DNA of 64,000 nt, taken from contig CAWCZS010000002.1 in assembly GCA_963800175.1 (NCBI GenBank), positions 1,217,695 through 1,281,694 of the forward strand. Direction: 5' to 3'. Made by a program: the position numbers and the translations under genes. Source of the DNA: Candidatus Dormiibacterota bacterium (GTDB lineage Bacteria; Chloroflexota; Dormibacteria; Aeolococcales; Aeolococcaceae). Shown here in pieces: positions 1-9,773 of this stretch (within the stretch, counting starts at the first letter, position 1; the number at the start of each line of letters is the position of its first letter). The notes beneath the pieces were generated by a model. That model was given only the letters and a program-made list of their open reading frames with translations, had not been told where the DNA came from and made no database searches.

Positions 1-64
1 ACAAGACCTTTCTTACCGAAGGGAACGCGCATTCCACGAGCCTCCCGAATTGCCGATCGACTGA

Positions 65-328
65 TTATGGGCTTCGGCGGCGGGCCGGCGCGAGCACGGC
101 GCCCGCCACCTCGAAGAGGACGACGCCGACAGCGTCCGCCACCGGGTGCAGCGCACCGAGTTGCGGGCCGCCGATCTTCGTCGCGATGGCGACGAGCTCG
201 CCTGCAATGACGCCCGCCGCGGCGAGCACGAACGCGAGCAGCACCGATCCTCGCCGCGGCATCACCAGGGCCGACAGCGTCGTCCCGATGAGCACGAAGA
301 GGATCGCGAGGCCGAGCCCCGGGCTCAC
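65..328 (-). CDS. small hydrophobic membrane protein (GlsB/YeaQ/YmgE-like, tentative)
   Basis: 87-aa ORF made of Gly/Ala/Leu/Val-rich helices (LAILFVLIGTTLSALVMP, VLLAFVLAAAGVIAGELVAIA). Its start overlaps the aspS stop at 325-328, so it is probably co-transcribed. Confidence 0.4.
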   Translation of the reverse strand: MSPGLGLAILFVLIGTTLSALVMPRRGSVLLAFVLAAAGVIAGELVAIATKIGGPQLGALHPVADAVGVVLFEVAGAVLAPARRRSP

Positions 329-2109
329 GGCGTCGGAGTACGAGGCAGGAGCCCGATCCCGAGATCGCGAAGCTGGCCAGGGTCGACCGGAGCGGGCGCG
401 TCGGTCATCGGCTCCTGCGCCTGCTGGTTCTTGGGGAACGCGATGACGTCGCGGATGTTGTCCGTGCCGATCCCCTCCATGACCATCCGGTCGATGCCGC
501 CGGCCCAGCCACCGTGCGGTGGCACTCCGTATTCGAATGCCTCGAGAAGGAAGCCGAATTTGCGCTGCGCCTCCTCCGCGTCGATGCCCAGGGCCGCGAG
601 CACCCGCTGCTGGATGGCCGGGTCGGTGATCCGGATGCTGCCGCTGCCGACCTCTCGCCCATTGACCACGAGGTCATACGCCCGAGAGCGCACGGCAAGA
701 GGGTTCGACTCGAGGAGATCGAGATCGTCGGCGTGGATCATCGTGAACGGGTGATGCGCCGCGCTGATCTCGCCGGTCTCATCGCTGCGCTCGAACATCG
801 GGAACTCGGTCACCCAGAGCATGTCGATGCGCTGGTCGTCGTAGAGGCCCCGTGCGCGACCGAGGTGGTTTCGCAATGCACCGAGCGCCGCATGAACGAC
901 GCTGGGCCGGTCCGCGACCATGAGGACGCAGTCGCCCGTCTCAGCTCCTGTCGCGGCGCCGATCGCCTCGAGCTCTTCAGGCGTGAAGAACTTCGCGATG
1001 CCGCCCTGCCAGCCGTCGGCGCGCTTCCAGAGGTACGCGAGGCCGCGAGCTTTTGCGCCGCGCGCAACCTCGGTGAGTTGCCCTTCGATATCGCCGCGGG
1101 TGAGATCGTCGCCACCCTTGACGCAGATGCCCTTGACGATTCCCCCCGAGGCGACTGCGTCGGCGAAGACCCGGAACCCCGATGTCTTGACGATCTCGGT
1201 GAGATCCCGCAGGAGCATCTCGAACCGCGTGTCGGGCTTGTCCACGCCGTAGAAATCCATGGCGTGACGCCAGGTCATGCGCGGGAACGGCACGGGCAGA
1301 TGCCCGCCGCGGAACTCGCACGCTTCCCATGCGCTGGGGATGGCGTGTTCGAGTGCGCCGAAGACATCGTCCTCATCCACGAACGACATCTCGATGTCGA
1401 GCTGCGTGAATTCCGGCTGCCGATCGGCGCGCAGGTCCTCATCGCGCATGCAGTGCGCAAGCTGGAAATAGCGGTCGAATCCGGCAACCATCGACAGCTG
1501 CTTGTAGAGCTGGGGCGACTGTGGCAGCGCGTAGAAACTGCCCGGGAACAGGCGGCTCGGGACCAGGTAGTCACGGGCACCTTCGGGTGTGGCGCGGATC
1601 ATCATCGGCGTCTCGATTTCGAGAAACCCGATCTCCCCCATCGCACGTCGCAACTCCGTGCAGAATTTCGCGCGGGCTCGGAGGTTGCGTTGCAGGTGGA
1701 CGCGGCGCAGATCGAGATAACGGTGGCGGAGCCGCAGTTGCTCGTCGACCTCGGTGTCCTCGTTCACGGGAAACGGCGGGGTTTTCGCGATGGCCAGCAC
1801 CGTGCATGCGCTGGCGCGCAACTCGACGTCACCGGTCTCGCGCTTGGGATTCACGTTCTCCGGGGCACGCAGGCGGAGCTCGCCTTCGAAACGGAGCACC
1901 CACTCGAGCCGTGCCTCCCGCGCAGCACGGTGTGCCTCCGGCGCCTCGTTGGGGTCGATGACCACCTGGAGCGTGCCGGTGTAGTCGCGAAGGTCGATGA
2001 AGATGAGCCCGCCGTGGTCCCGGCGCCGGTCGACCCAGCCGTACGCGGCCACGCGCGTGCCGGCGTCGCCGGCGCGGGGTGTGCCGCAGTAGGTGCGGGG
2101 AGTGCTCAC
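325..2109 (-). CDS. aspS: aspartate--tRNA ligase
   Basis: Best start is GTG at 2109 (VSTPRTYCGTPRAGD), overlapping the hisS stop (GTGA). OB-fold N-terminus RVAAYGWVDRRRDHGGLIFIDLRD. Class II motifs CMRDEDLRADRQPEFTQLDIEMSF and GGWAGGIDRMVM. The part of the tracked 703-aa ORF upstream of 2109 lies inside hisS in another frame. No frame break. Confidence 0.95.
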   Translation of the reverse strand: MSTPRTYCGTPRAGDAGTRVAAYGWVDRRRDHGGLIFIDLRDYTGTLQVVIDPNEAPEAHRAAREARLEWVLRFEGELRLRAPENVNPKRETGDVELRASACTVLAIAKTPPFPVNEDTEVDEQLRLRHRYLDLRRVHLQRNLRARAKFCTELRRAMGEIGFLEIETPMMIRATPEGARDYLVPSRLFPGSFYALPQSPQLYKQLSMVAGFDRYFQLAHCMRDEDLRADRQPEFTQLDIEMSFVDEDDVFGALEHAIPSAWEACEFRGGHLPVPFPRMTWRHAMDFYGVDKPDTRFEMLLRDLTEIVKTSGFRVFADAVASGGIVKGICVKGGDDLTRGDIEGQLTEVARGAKARGLAYLWKRADGWQGGIAKFFTPEELEAIGAATGAETGDCVLMVADRPSVVHAALGALRNHLGRARGLYDDQRIDMLWVTEFPMFERSDETGEISAAHHPFTMIHADDLDLLESNPLAVRSRAYDLVVNGREVGSGSIRITDPAIQQRVLAALGIDAEEAQRKFGFLLEAFEYGVPPHGGWAGGIDRMVMEGIGTDNIRDVIAFPKNQQAQEPMTDAPAPVDPGQLRDLGIGLLPRTPTP

Positions 2110-3384
2110 GAATGTCCTCCGAGAATGCGCAAGACCGTGTCCGCGAGCTCGGTCACGGGGACGGTCTGCTGACTGCGGCCGTCGAGGTCGCGCACGACCG
2201 CGCTGGCCCCGGCCACCTCGTTCTCGCCAATGATGACGGCAACGCGCGCGCCGACGCGCTCGGCGCCGCGCAACTTGCGGTCGAGCCTGCGCTCCGCCAC
2301 GTCGAGCACTGTCTCGAGCGTCGCGCGTCTCGCAGCAGGCGCGCCATGCTTGCCGCCGCCTCCGCCTGCGCCGGCTCGACCGAGCACACGAGCACATCGG
2401 CCGCGGCGGCCGTTGCGGGAACCGTTCCCAGAGCACGGGCGACCATCAGGATTCGCTCGACGCCAAGCGCGTATCCCGTTGCCGCTGTTGCGGGGAAGCC
2501 GAGCAACTCGGCGAGCCCGTCGTAGCGGCCTCCCCCACCGAGCGAGCTCTGCGCGCCCTGCAGCGCGTCATGCCAGAACTCGAAGACCGTGTGGCTGTAG
2601 TAGTCGAGCCCGCGCACGAGGCGGTCGTTGCGGATCGTCTCGATTCCCGCCGATTCCAGGATCGCGTCCACTGCGGTGAAGTGTTCCCGGCTCGCGCCGT
2701 CGAGCGAGTCCCAGAGCACGGGCGCGCCGGCCACCAGCCCGATATCGCGCTTGCAGTCGAGCAGGCGCAAGGGGATTGGTGTGCAGCCTTCGCCGGCAGT
2801 CGTCGCATAGCGAGCTTTCCAGCGGGGTGTAGTAGTCCACGAGCGCTGCGCGATATCGGGTCCGATCCTCGGGACTGCCGAGCGAATTGATCTGGATATG
2901 GACATCGCTGATCCCGAGCGCCCGGAAGAAGCGCCACGCCACCTCCACGATCTCCGCGTCCAGCGCCGGCGATCCCTCGCCGATGCATTCGATGCCCACC
3001 TGGGTGAACTGGTGCTGCCTGCCGGCCTGCGGCCGTTCCGCCCGGAAGAAGGGGCCGGCGTACTGCACGCGCACGGGCCGGACCTCCTGGTCGAGATGCG
3101 CGCCGAGGACCGCCCGCAAGTGCACCCGCCGTGCCCTCCGGCCGGAGCGTCAAGGAGCGTCCGCCGCGATCCTCGAAGCGTGAACATCTGCTTCTCGACG
3201 ATGTCGGTGTCCGTGCCAACGCCGCGGCTGAAGAGCTCGGTCGCCTCGATGATCGGCGTCTCGATCGAGCGGTACCCGAACGAACTCCGCGACCGATTGA
3301 TGGGCGTCGAGCAGCCATCGACGAGCGCCGAACTCATCGGGAAGGATGTCTCGCGTGCCCCGTGGGCGCTGCGATCTCAGGCAT
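2106..3384 (-). CDS. hisS: histidine--tRNA ligase, reading frame broken about 6 times as sequenced
   Basis: ATG at 3384 (MPEIAAP), then RGTRDILPDEF, IETPIIEATELFSRGVGTDTDIVEKQMFT, FEDRGGRSLTLRPEGTAG, VQYAGPFFRAERPQAGRQHQFTQVGIECIG, RLLDCKRD, GLDYYSHTVFEF, GGGGRYDGL, and an anticodon-binding end VAVIIGENEVAGASAVVRDLDG. These pieces alternate between frames (0>2>1>0>2>1>2). No segment is missing. Confidence 0.9.
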
Positions 3385-3780
3385 TGGCGTCCGAGTGTAC
3401 GGTCTGACGGCCGTGGCGAAACCTACGGTGGCAGCGTTCCAGCGGCCGTCTGGCGAAAGTGGCTCGCGTTGGCTGGGTCTCCAAAGGACAGCGTAGCGAG
3501 CGAAGTCGTCTGGGAGGCCGTGGACCGCCCTGAGCGCGCGATCGCAGCCCTCGGCAAGCGCGCGTGCACCGGACCGTCCGTCGGACCTCACCGACGAGAC
3601 CGCCATGAGCACTGCGGGCCCTTGCCCGACGGCGACCAGGACGCTGCATCCAAATGCGGTGATGACGAGTGGCTCTTGCGGGCTTCCGTCGACGCCGATG
3701 CGCAGCGAGCCGTTGGTCTCGGATGCGAGCAGTTCAGAAGCAGCCTGTTCCAGGAGGCGGATCCGTGCGAGACGTTCCAT
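3377..3780 (-). CDS. hypothetical protein (3' end unresolved; the ORF runs in frame into the hisS start)
   Basis: ORF MERLARIRLLEQAASELL...LRIGVDGSPQEPLVITAFGCSVLVAVGQGPAVLMAVSS has coding-like GC3. It has no stop before the hisS ATG at 3384. A stop in another frame at 3377-3379 would give an 8-nt overlap with hisS. I recognise no family motif. Confidence 0.3.
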
Positions 3781-3801
3781 GAGCGCAGGCTGCTCCGGTC
3801 A

Positions 3802-3821
3802 CGCGACAAATGGTTGTCGCG
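3802..3821. promoter_or_regulatory. perfect palindrome cgcgacaa-atgg-ttgtcgcg between divergent genes (operator or hairpin)
   Basis: 8-bp arms with a 4-nt spacer, read directly in the 3781-3911 intergenic region between the 3780(-) and 3912(+) starts. Confidence 0.25.
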
Positions 3822-3911
3822 GCGGCGTTGCATGACGAGCCGCAGCCGTCAAATCGGGGCACGCCGACACAGCACTTTCGCTCCCGCGGTCGTCTGTTAC
3901 ATTGCCGCCCG

Positions 3912-4556
3912 ATGGCTACTTCCGCAGGCTATGTGCCTGGGCAATGGAGCAACTTTTTCGTCCTGGTCGGCACTGGCGCCGCCGCACTCACGGGACTGGT
4001 CTTTGTTGCCCTCACGATCAATCTGAAAGCTGTGACTCAAGATGCGACGCATCGATACAGGGCAATCAACATGCTCACTGGGTTTGACTGCTGCATTCAT
4101 CATCGCCGCCTTGGCCCTCATGGGAGCCCAGACGTATCGCACGATCGGGATTGAGTGGCTGGTTGTGTCCTTGGTGGCGGCGACGATAAACACCAACGGC
4201 TATGTCCAGGGTTTCAGACTGGGAGCAGCCGCTTTGCGCTTAACCGTTTTCGCATTGTTGGCGGAAGCGCCTGCTACCTCGGGCCAAATGGTCGGTGCCG
4301 TGATGCTCTGTCTGGACATCGGCGCGGGAATTTACATCAGTGCAGTGGCACTGATCTCAATTTCTTCTTTCTGGTCTCAGGCTCCTGGTTGCTCATCGTC
4401 GGAACCTCAACCGGCTCCAGTGCTGAGGTTCTGCGTCACCGGAATCCCAGCGAAGGCTTGGCAGCGGTCCCGAGCAAGACCCTCAGCTCGCTCGCCGAGG
4501 AAGGCATCCAACGCTGCATCGTCGGGGTCGAGCCAACGAGAAGGTCGATGTCCTGA
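3912..4556 (+). CDS. multi-pass membrane protein of unknown family, frame broken twice; 3' end uncertain
   Basis: MATSAGYVPGQWSNFFVLVGTGAAALTGLVFVALTINL (frame 0). The hydrophobic continuation TAAFIIAALALMGAQ...VVSLVAATINT...AVMLCLDIGAGIYISAVALISI is only in frame 1 (about 4080-4375). FFLVSGSWLLIVG is then back in frame 0. The region is lower in GC than its flanks. The tail overlaps the antisense remnant at 4436-4728. Confidence 0.4.
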
Positions 4557-4728
4557 TGGAGTTCTTCGGCGACACGATGGCGAGCAGTTCCTCAGCCCAC
4601 CCACCGAAGACCAGCGCGGAAAGGCCACTGTCCTCGCAGTGCTTCCATGCTACTGACCTCAGGAGGCGAAGGTCGCTGTGGCATCGCGGACCATCTACTG
4701 CGTGTCCGAGCGTCGTCACACCTGGCAT
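4436..4728 (-). pseudogene. remnant of a nucleotidyltransferase (ANT(2'')/Lnu-like GGWA...DIDL family), frameshifted and truncated
   Basis: MPGVTTLGHAVDG...SGLSALVFGGWAEELLAIVSP is in one frame and HQDIDLLVGSTP in another, with a stop about 35 codons later. This matches the GGWAxD...RxHxDIDL catalytic signature, but the rest of the enzyme is absent. Confidence 0.45.
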
Positions 4729-4810
4729 TGCGGTGGCCGAAAGACGTCGATGGCCTCCGGACGAGCGGCTACCCCGTGACTGACTGCACGCCACCGATAC
4801 AGGACCCCGT

Positions 4811-6944
4811 TCAGACCGTGTCGCGCGCCACCGTGTGGACGTCGCGGACCGCTTCGAGTCGCTCGAGGAGGCGGCTCAATTGCGACAGGTTCTGGATCTC
4901 GACGATCGTGCTGATCACTGCGGTCTTGTCGTCATAGACCTGCACGTCAGCGCCGCTGAGATTGATCTTCGACTCCGCGATCACGGCGGCGATGTCGCGC
5001 AGGAGCCCAGTGCGATCCCACGCCTCGATCTTGATGCTCACCGGATAGACCTGACGCGCACCGGTCTCCCATTCGACATCGACGATGCGCTCGACATCAC
5101 CGGCATTGCGCACGTTCACGCAGTCGGCGCGGTGCACGGTGACGCCCTTTCCGCGGGTCACGTAGCCGCGAATGGCGTCACCCGGCGACCGGCTTGCAGC
5201 AGTGCGCGAGCGTCGTGAGCATGTCGACGTGGCCGTGCACGCGCACCGTGCCGGTCGGCGCCGGCGTGCTCGTGAGCGGGATGCCGAGGATCCGGTCGTC
5301 GTCAGTCTGCTGCTCGTCAGCGCCGAACTTGAGCACGGCGCTGCGGGCGCTGATATCGCCATACCCAATGGCGGCAACGAAATCGTCGACCGTCGCGACC
5401 TTGAATTCCTGCGCGAGCTCGAGAAGTTGATCCTCCTTCACGGAGCCCAGCGACAGCTGGCGGAGACGCCGGAACTCCTTGTCCAGCATCTCGCGGCCTT
5501 TCTGGATATTCTCATCGCGGCGCTCGCGCTTGAACCATTGACGGATCTTTTCGCGAGCACTCGACGTCTTCACGAAATTCAGCCAGTCGCGCGACGGTCC
5601 GTGCGCGGCCTTGGTGGTCAGCACCTCGACGATCTCGCCGTTCTCCAGGCGGTGATCGAGCGGGACCATGCGGCCGTTGACCTTCGCGCCGATGCAGCTG
5701 TGGCCGACGTCGGTATGGATGCGATACGCGAAGTCCACCGGCGTCGACCCCTGCGGTAGGGAGCGCACGTCGCCGCGCGGCGTGAAGACGAACACCTCGT
5801 CCTGGAAGATGTCGACCTTGACGGTGTTGACGAACGCCTCCGCGTCGAGCACTTCCTTCTGCCAGTCCATGAGCAGGCGCAGCCACGTGAAGCGCTCGTC
5901 GATGCGCGCGCCGTCCTGTCCGCCCTTGTAGCGCCAGTGCGCGGCGACGCCGTATTCCGATGTCTCGTGCATCTCCTGCGTGCGGATCTGCACCTCCATC
6001 GGTTCGCCGGTGTGGGACAGCACGGTGGTGTGCAACGACTGATAGCCGTTGCCCTTCGGCATGGCGATGTAGTCCTTGAACCGGCCGGGCAGCGGCTTCC
6101 ACAGCGAATGCACGATGCCGAGCGCGCCGTAGCAGTCCTTGATGGAATCGACGAGCACGCGGATGGCGATGATGTCGTAGATCTCGCCGAATTCCTTCTG
6201 ACCGCGGAGCATCTTCTCGTGGATGCTGTACGTGTGCTTGGTGCGGCCGGCGATGGCCGCCTGCATGCCGAGCGGCGCGAACTCGCGTCCCAGGATCTCG
6301 GTGACATCGCGGACGAACGCGTCGCGCTGCTCGCGCGTGCTCGCGAGGCGTGCTTCGATCAGGTGATAGTTGTCCGGATCGACCTGGACGAACGCGAGAT
6401 CCTCGAGCTCGCCCTTGATCTCCCAGATCCCGAGGCGATGTGCCAGCGGCGCGTAGATGTCCAGCGTCTCGCGGCTGATGCGCAGCCGGCGCTCGGTGGT
6501 ATGCGCGCTGATGGTGCGCATGTTGTGCAACCGATCGCCGAGCTTGATGAGGACGACACGCACGTCCTCGGCCATCGCAACGAGCATTTTTCGGATGTTC
6601 TCCGCCTGATGCTCCTCGGCACTGCGTACGTGGATCTTGCCGAGCTTGGTGACCCCGTCGACGAGCTTCGCGACCTGGTCGCCGAAGAGGACACGCACAT
6701 CCTCACGGGTCACCTCGGTGTCCTCGACCGTGTCGTGCAGCAGCGCCGCCATCAGCGTTTCCGGGTCGAGGCGCAGGTCCGCGAGGATGCCCGCCACCGC
6801 GAGGGGGTGCTCGATGTATGGCTCGCCGGTCAGCCGGGTCTGCCCCGTGTGGGCGCGATCGGCAACCTCAAAGGCGCGCTGGATCGCGGACTGATCCTCC
6901 GCCGGGAGGTAGTCGACGCGAGCCATGAGCTCAGTGATAGGCAC
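4811..6944 (-). CDS. rel: bifunctional (p)ppGpp synthetase/hydrolase Rel, one frame break near 5178
   Basis: HD domain (GEPYIEHPLAVAGILADL, LLHDTVEDT), synthetase domain (YQSLHTTV, EVQIRTQEMH), TGS, and CCKPVAG|DAIRGYVTRGKGVTVH split by one extra base in ccgggtgac. C-terminal ACT domain (IKIEAWDRTGLLRDIAAVIAE). Confidence 0.93.
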
Positions 6945-7089
6945 GGCCTTTACGAGTGTAGGACCAGAGCGGCGCTCTCAAACACGATGTAACGAAAGTA
7001 TCTCCAACGAGTGAATGCAAGCGACTGATTGCTAGCCGCAATGGAACGCCAAGGCGGTTCGGAGGGGTCGACCCGGTAAACTCACCTCG

Positions 7090-8290
7090 ATGACCCTGGA
7101 ATCAAGTGAGCCCGGAGTGGCAGAGAAAGAGGACGGCCTCATCTCACCGCTCGGGGGAGCGCTTGTCGATCTGCAGATGACACCAGACGAGCTCGCTGAA
7201 TTCAGCGCGCGCGCTGATGACCTCATTTCAATGCGTATTTCCGAGACGGCATCGGCCGATCTCGCGCTTCTCGGCAGTGGCGCCTACTCGCCGATCAGCG
7301 GCTTTCAAGGCCAGAGTGACTACACGAGCGTCGTCGAGCACGCCGCGCTCAGCGATGGCACGCCGTGGACACTACCGATCACGCTGCCGGTCGGTGATCA
7401 CGGCCGCTCGTTGCAGGACGGCTCCGTCGTTGCACTCCGCGACGAAGGCGGTCATCTGCTTGGCGCACTGACAGTGACCGAAATCTACGATCGCGACCTC
7501 GAAGCCGAGGCACGCGAGGTGTACCGGACCACGGACCAGGCGCATCCCGGTGTCGCCGCGCTCTTCGCGCAGGGACCCACAGTCGTCGCCGGGCCGGTGC
7601 GCGTCGCCGCGCAACCCGAGGGTGACGTTCCCTCGACACCGGCCGAGACTTCGCGCAATGCTCAACGACCGCGGATGGTCGACGGTTGTGGGCTTTCAGA
7701 CGCGCAATCCCGTGCATCGCGCGCACGAGTACCTGACCAAGGTCGCGCTCGAGCAGGTCGACGGCCTGCTGCTGCATCCGCTCTCCGGCGTGACCAAGGG
7801 CGACGATGTTCCCTTCGAGGTCCGCATGCAGTGCTACCGCGTGCTGCTCGACGGCTACTACCCGCCGAATCGCGTGGTGCTCGGGATCTTCCCGGGTGCG
7901 ATGCGCTACGCAGGACCTCGCGAGGCGATCTACCACGGTCAGGTGCGCCGCAACTACGGCTGCTCGCACTTCATCATCGGGCGTGACGCTGCCGGTGTCG
8001 GCAACTACTACGGCACGTACGACGCGCAGACGCTCTTCGATGAGCTCGGCGGCGCCGAGCGCCTCGGTTTCGCGGCATACAAGTTCGAGCACTCCTTCTA
8101 CTGCAAGGCGTGCGAGAGCATGGCCAGCACCAAGACGTGCCCGCACGGCGCGGACGATCGCGTGATCCTGAGCGGGACTCGCGTGCGCGAGATGCTGACC
8201 CGTGGCGATCCCATCCCCCACGAATTCACCCGTCCAGAAGTCGCCGAGATCCTGCGCGCAGCCTATGCGGTCGCGGAGCCGGTGGCCTGA
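7090..8290 (+). CDS. sat: sulfate adenylyltransferase (single-subunit Sat type), one frame break near 7650
   Basis: N-terminal PUA-like part, then TPAE|[54 protein letters not shown]. The stop overlaps the cysC start (TGATG). Confidence 0.88.
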
Positions 8291-8832
8291 TGAGCGGTGT
8301 CACGATCTGGTTCACCGGTCTTTCCGGTGCCGGCAAGTCGACGATCGGGCAGCGCGTCGCAACCGAGTTGCGCACTCGCGGCCTTCGCGTCGAGGTCCTC
8401 GACGGCGACGAAGTCCGTCAGACGCTGAGTGCGGGCCTCGGCTTCAGCAAGGAAGACCGCGACATCAACATCCGTCGAATCGGATTCGTTGCCGAGCTGC
8501 TGACTCGCAACGGCGTGGTCGCCATCACCGCAGCGATTTCTCCGTACAAGGACACGCGCGCTGAAGTGCGCCGGCGGATCGGTCGCTTTGTCGAGGTCTA
8601 CGTCCGCTGCTCGATCGACGTGCTCTCCGAGCGCGACGTCAAGGGCTTGTACAAGAAAGCGCTGGCCGGCGAGATCGATCACTTCACCGGTGTCTCCGAT
8701 CCGTACGAGGCGCCTGACGCCCCGGACGTGATCGTCGACAGCGGGACGCAGACGGTCGATGAGTCGGTCGCCGCCGTTCTTGCGGCAATCGACGCAAGCG
8801 GCCTCCTCCCAGAACCGGCGTCTCGCGGCTAG
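8290..8832 (+). CDS. cysC: adenylyl-sulfate kinase
   Basis: [20 protein letters not shown] (P-loop), LDGDEVRQ, FSKEDRDINIRRIGFVAELL, ISPYKDTR. Intact, 180 aa. Confidence 0.92.
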   Translation: MSGVTIWFTGLSGAGKSTIGQRVATELRTRGLRVEVLDGDEVRQTLSAGLGFSKEDRDINIRRIGFVAELLTRNGVVAITAAISPYKDTRAEVRRRIGRFVEVYVRCSIDVLSERDVKGLYKKALAGEIDHFTGVSDPYEAPDAPDVIVDSGTQTVDESVAAVLAAIDASGLLPEPASRG

Positions 8833-8839
8833 CGCCGCA

Positions 8840-9764
8840 ATGCGTACGCCGCAGCCGCGACCCCGGCATCCGCGGCCCCGGATCACCCTCGACCAGCTCC
8901 ACACGTTTCTTGCCGTCGCCGAGCGCGAGCACGTCACCGCAGCCGCCGAGGCGCTCGGCCTCTCCCAGGGATCGGTCAGCGGCGTGGTGCGCCGCCTCGA
9001 GTCGACGCTCGGACTGCCGCTCCTCCAGCGGGTGGGCCGCAACGTTCAGCTGACCGATGTCGGCCGGGCGCTTCGCCAGCTCGCCGTCCGGGTGCTCGAG
9101 GACGTCGGTCAGATCGAGGAGCTGCGCGCCGGATACCTCGCCTTCGAGCGAGGCGAGCTCACCGTCGCCGCCGGGACGCGTCATGGGCGCGCACCGACTC
9201 TCAGGCTGGCTTGCGCCATTCGTCGCGGAGCACCCGGAGATCAACGTTCGCCTCGCGCTGGCACCGATGCGCTCGCTGGTGACCATGCTCATCGAGGGAC
9301 GGGCCGACATCATCCTGGCCGGCTCGTCAGTCCGGGAGCCGGGGATCGAGACCGTGGTGCTCGAGCACACGCAACTGGTCACCGTGGTGGCGGCGCATCA
9401 CCCGCTCGCGTCGAGCAAGACGGCGGTTCGCGACCTGGTCAACCATCGCCATCTCGCCCACGAACGCGGCAGTGCGACCGAGGCGCTCGCCGCCCACGCG
9501 CTCGGCACCCACGTCGACCCCGAGAACACGCTCGAGCTCGAGGAGGGTGCGCTGCACGCGGCACTGCTCGCCGGCCTCGGCTTCGCCGCGATGCCCCGGT
9601 CGGTCGTGGAGCAGGACATCATCGACGGCCGCATGGTGATCATTCCCCTCCCCGGCCGGAGCGTCTCGCAGTCGTTCGCCGCGGCACGGCGTCGCGACCT
9701 GCATACTCCCGCCGTCGAGGCGTTCTGGGACCACCTCAAGCGGATCGCCGTCGAGCAGTCCTGA
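8840..9764 (+). CDS. LysR-family transcriptional regulator, one frame break near 9175
   Basis: wHTH ITLDQLHTFLAVAEREHVTAAAEALGLSQGSVSGVVRRLESTLGLPLLQRVGRNVQLTDVG, then a substrate-binding domain in the +1 frame (LAPFVAEHPEINVRLAL...GLGFAAMPRSVV). Confidence 0.85.
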
Positions 9765-9773
9765 GGGCCGGTC

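Noticed and set aside
514-2172. 552-aa plus-strand ORF, plus similar long plus-strand ORFs at 13130-14788, 17913-19553, 36710-37984, 53390-55225 and elsewhere
   Set aside because: All are mirror images of well-supported minus-strand housekeeping genes (aspS, rseP/dxr, tsf/rpsB, ffh, yloV). They translate to Arg/Ala/Gly-rich sequence without recognisable domains.
3385-3800. T-box leader upstream of hisS-aspS, and riboswitches upstream of the sat, ribH or BtuF-like genes
   Set aside because: The region upstream of hisS is coding-like with no specifier/terminator-antiterminator architecture. ribH and the BtuF-like gene have no leader at all because their starts overlap the preceding stops. The sat leader is short and I could not fold it into a recognisable riboswitch by eye.
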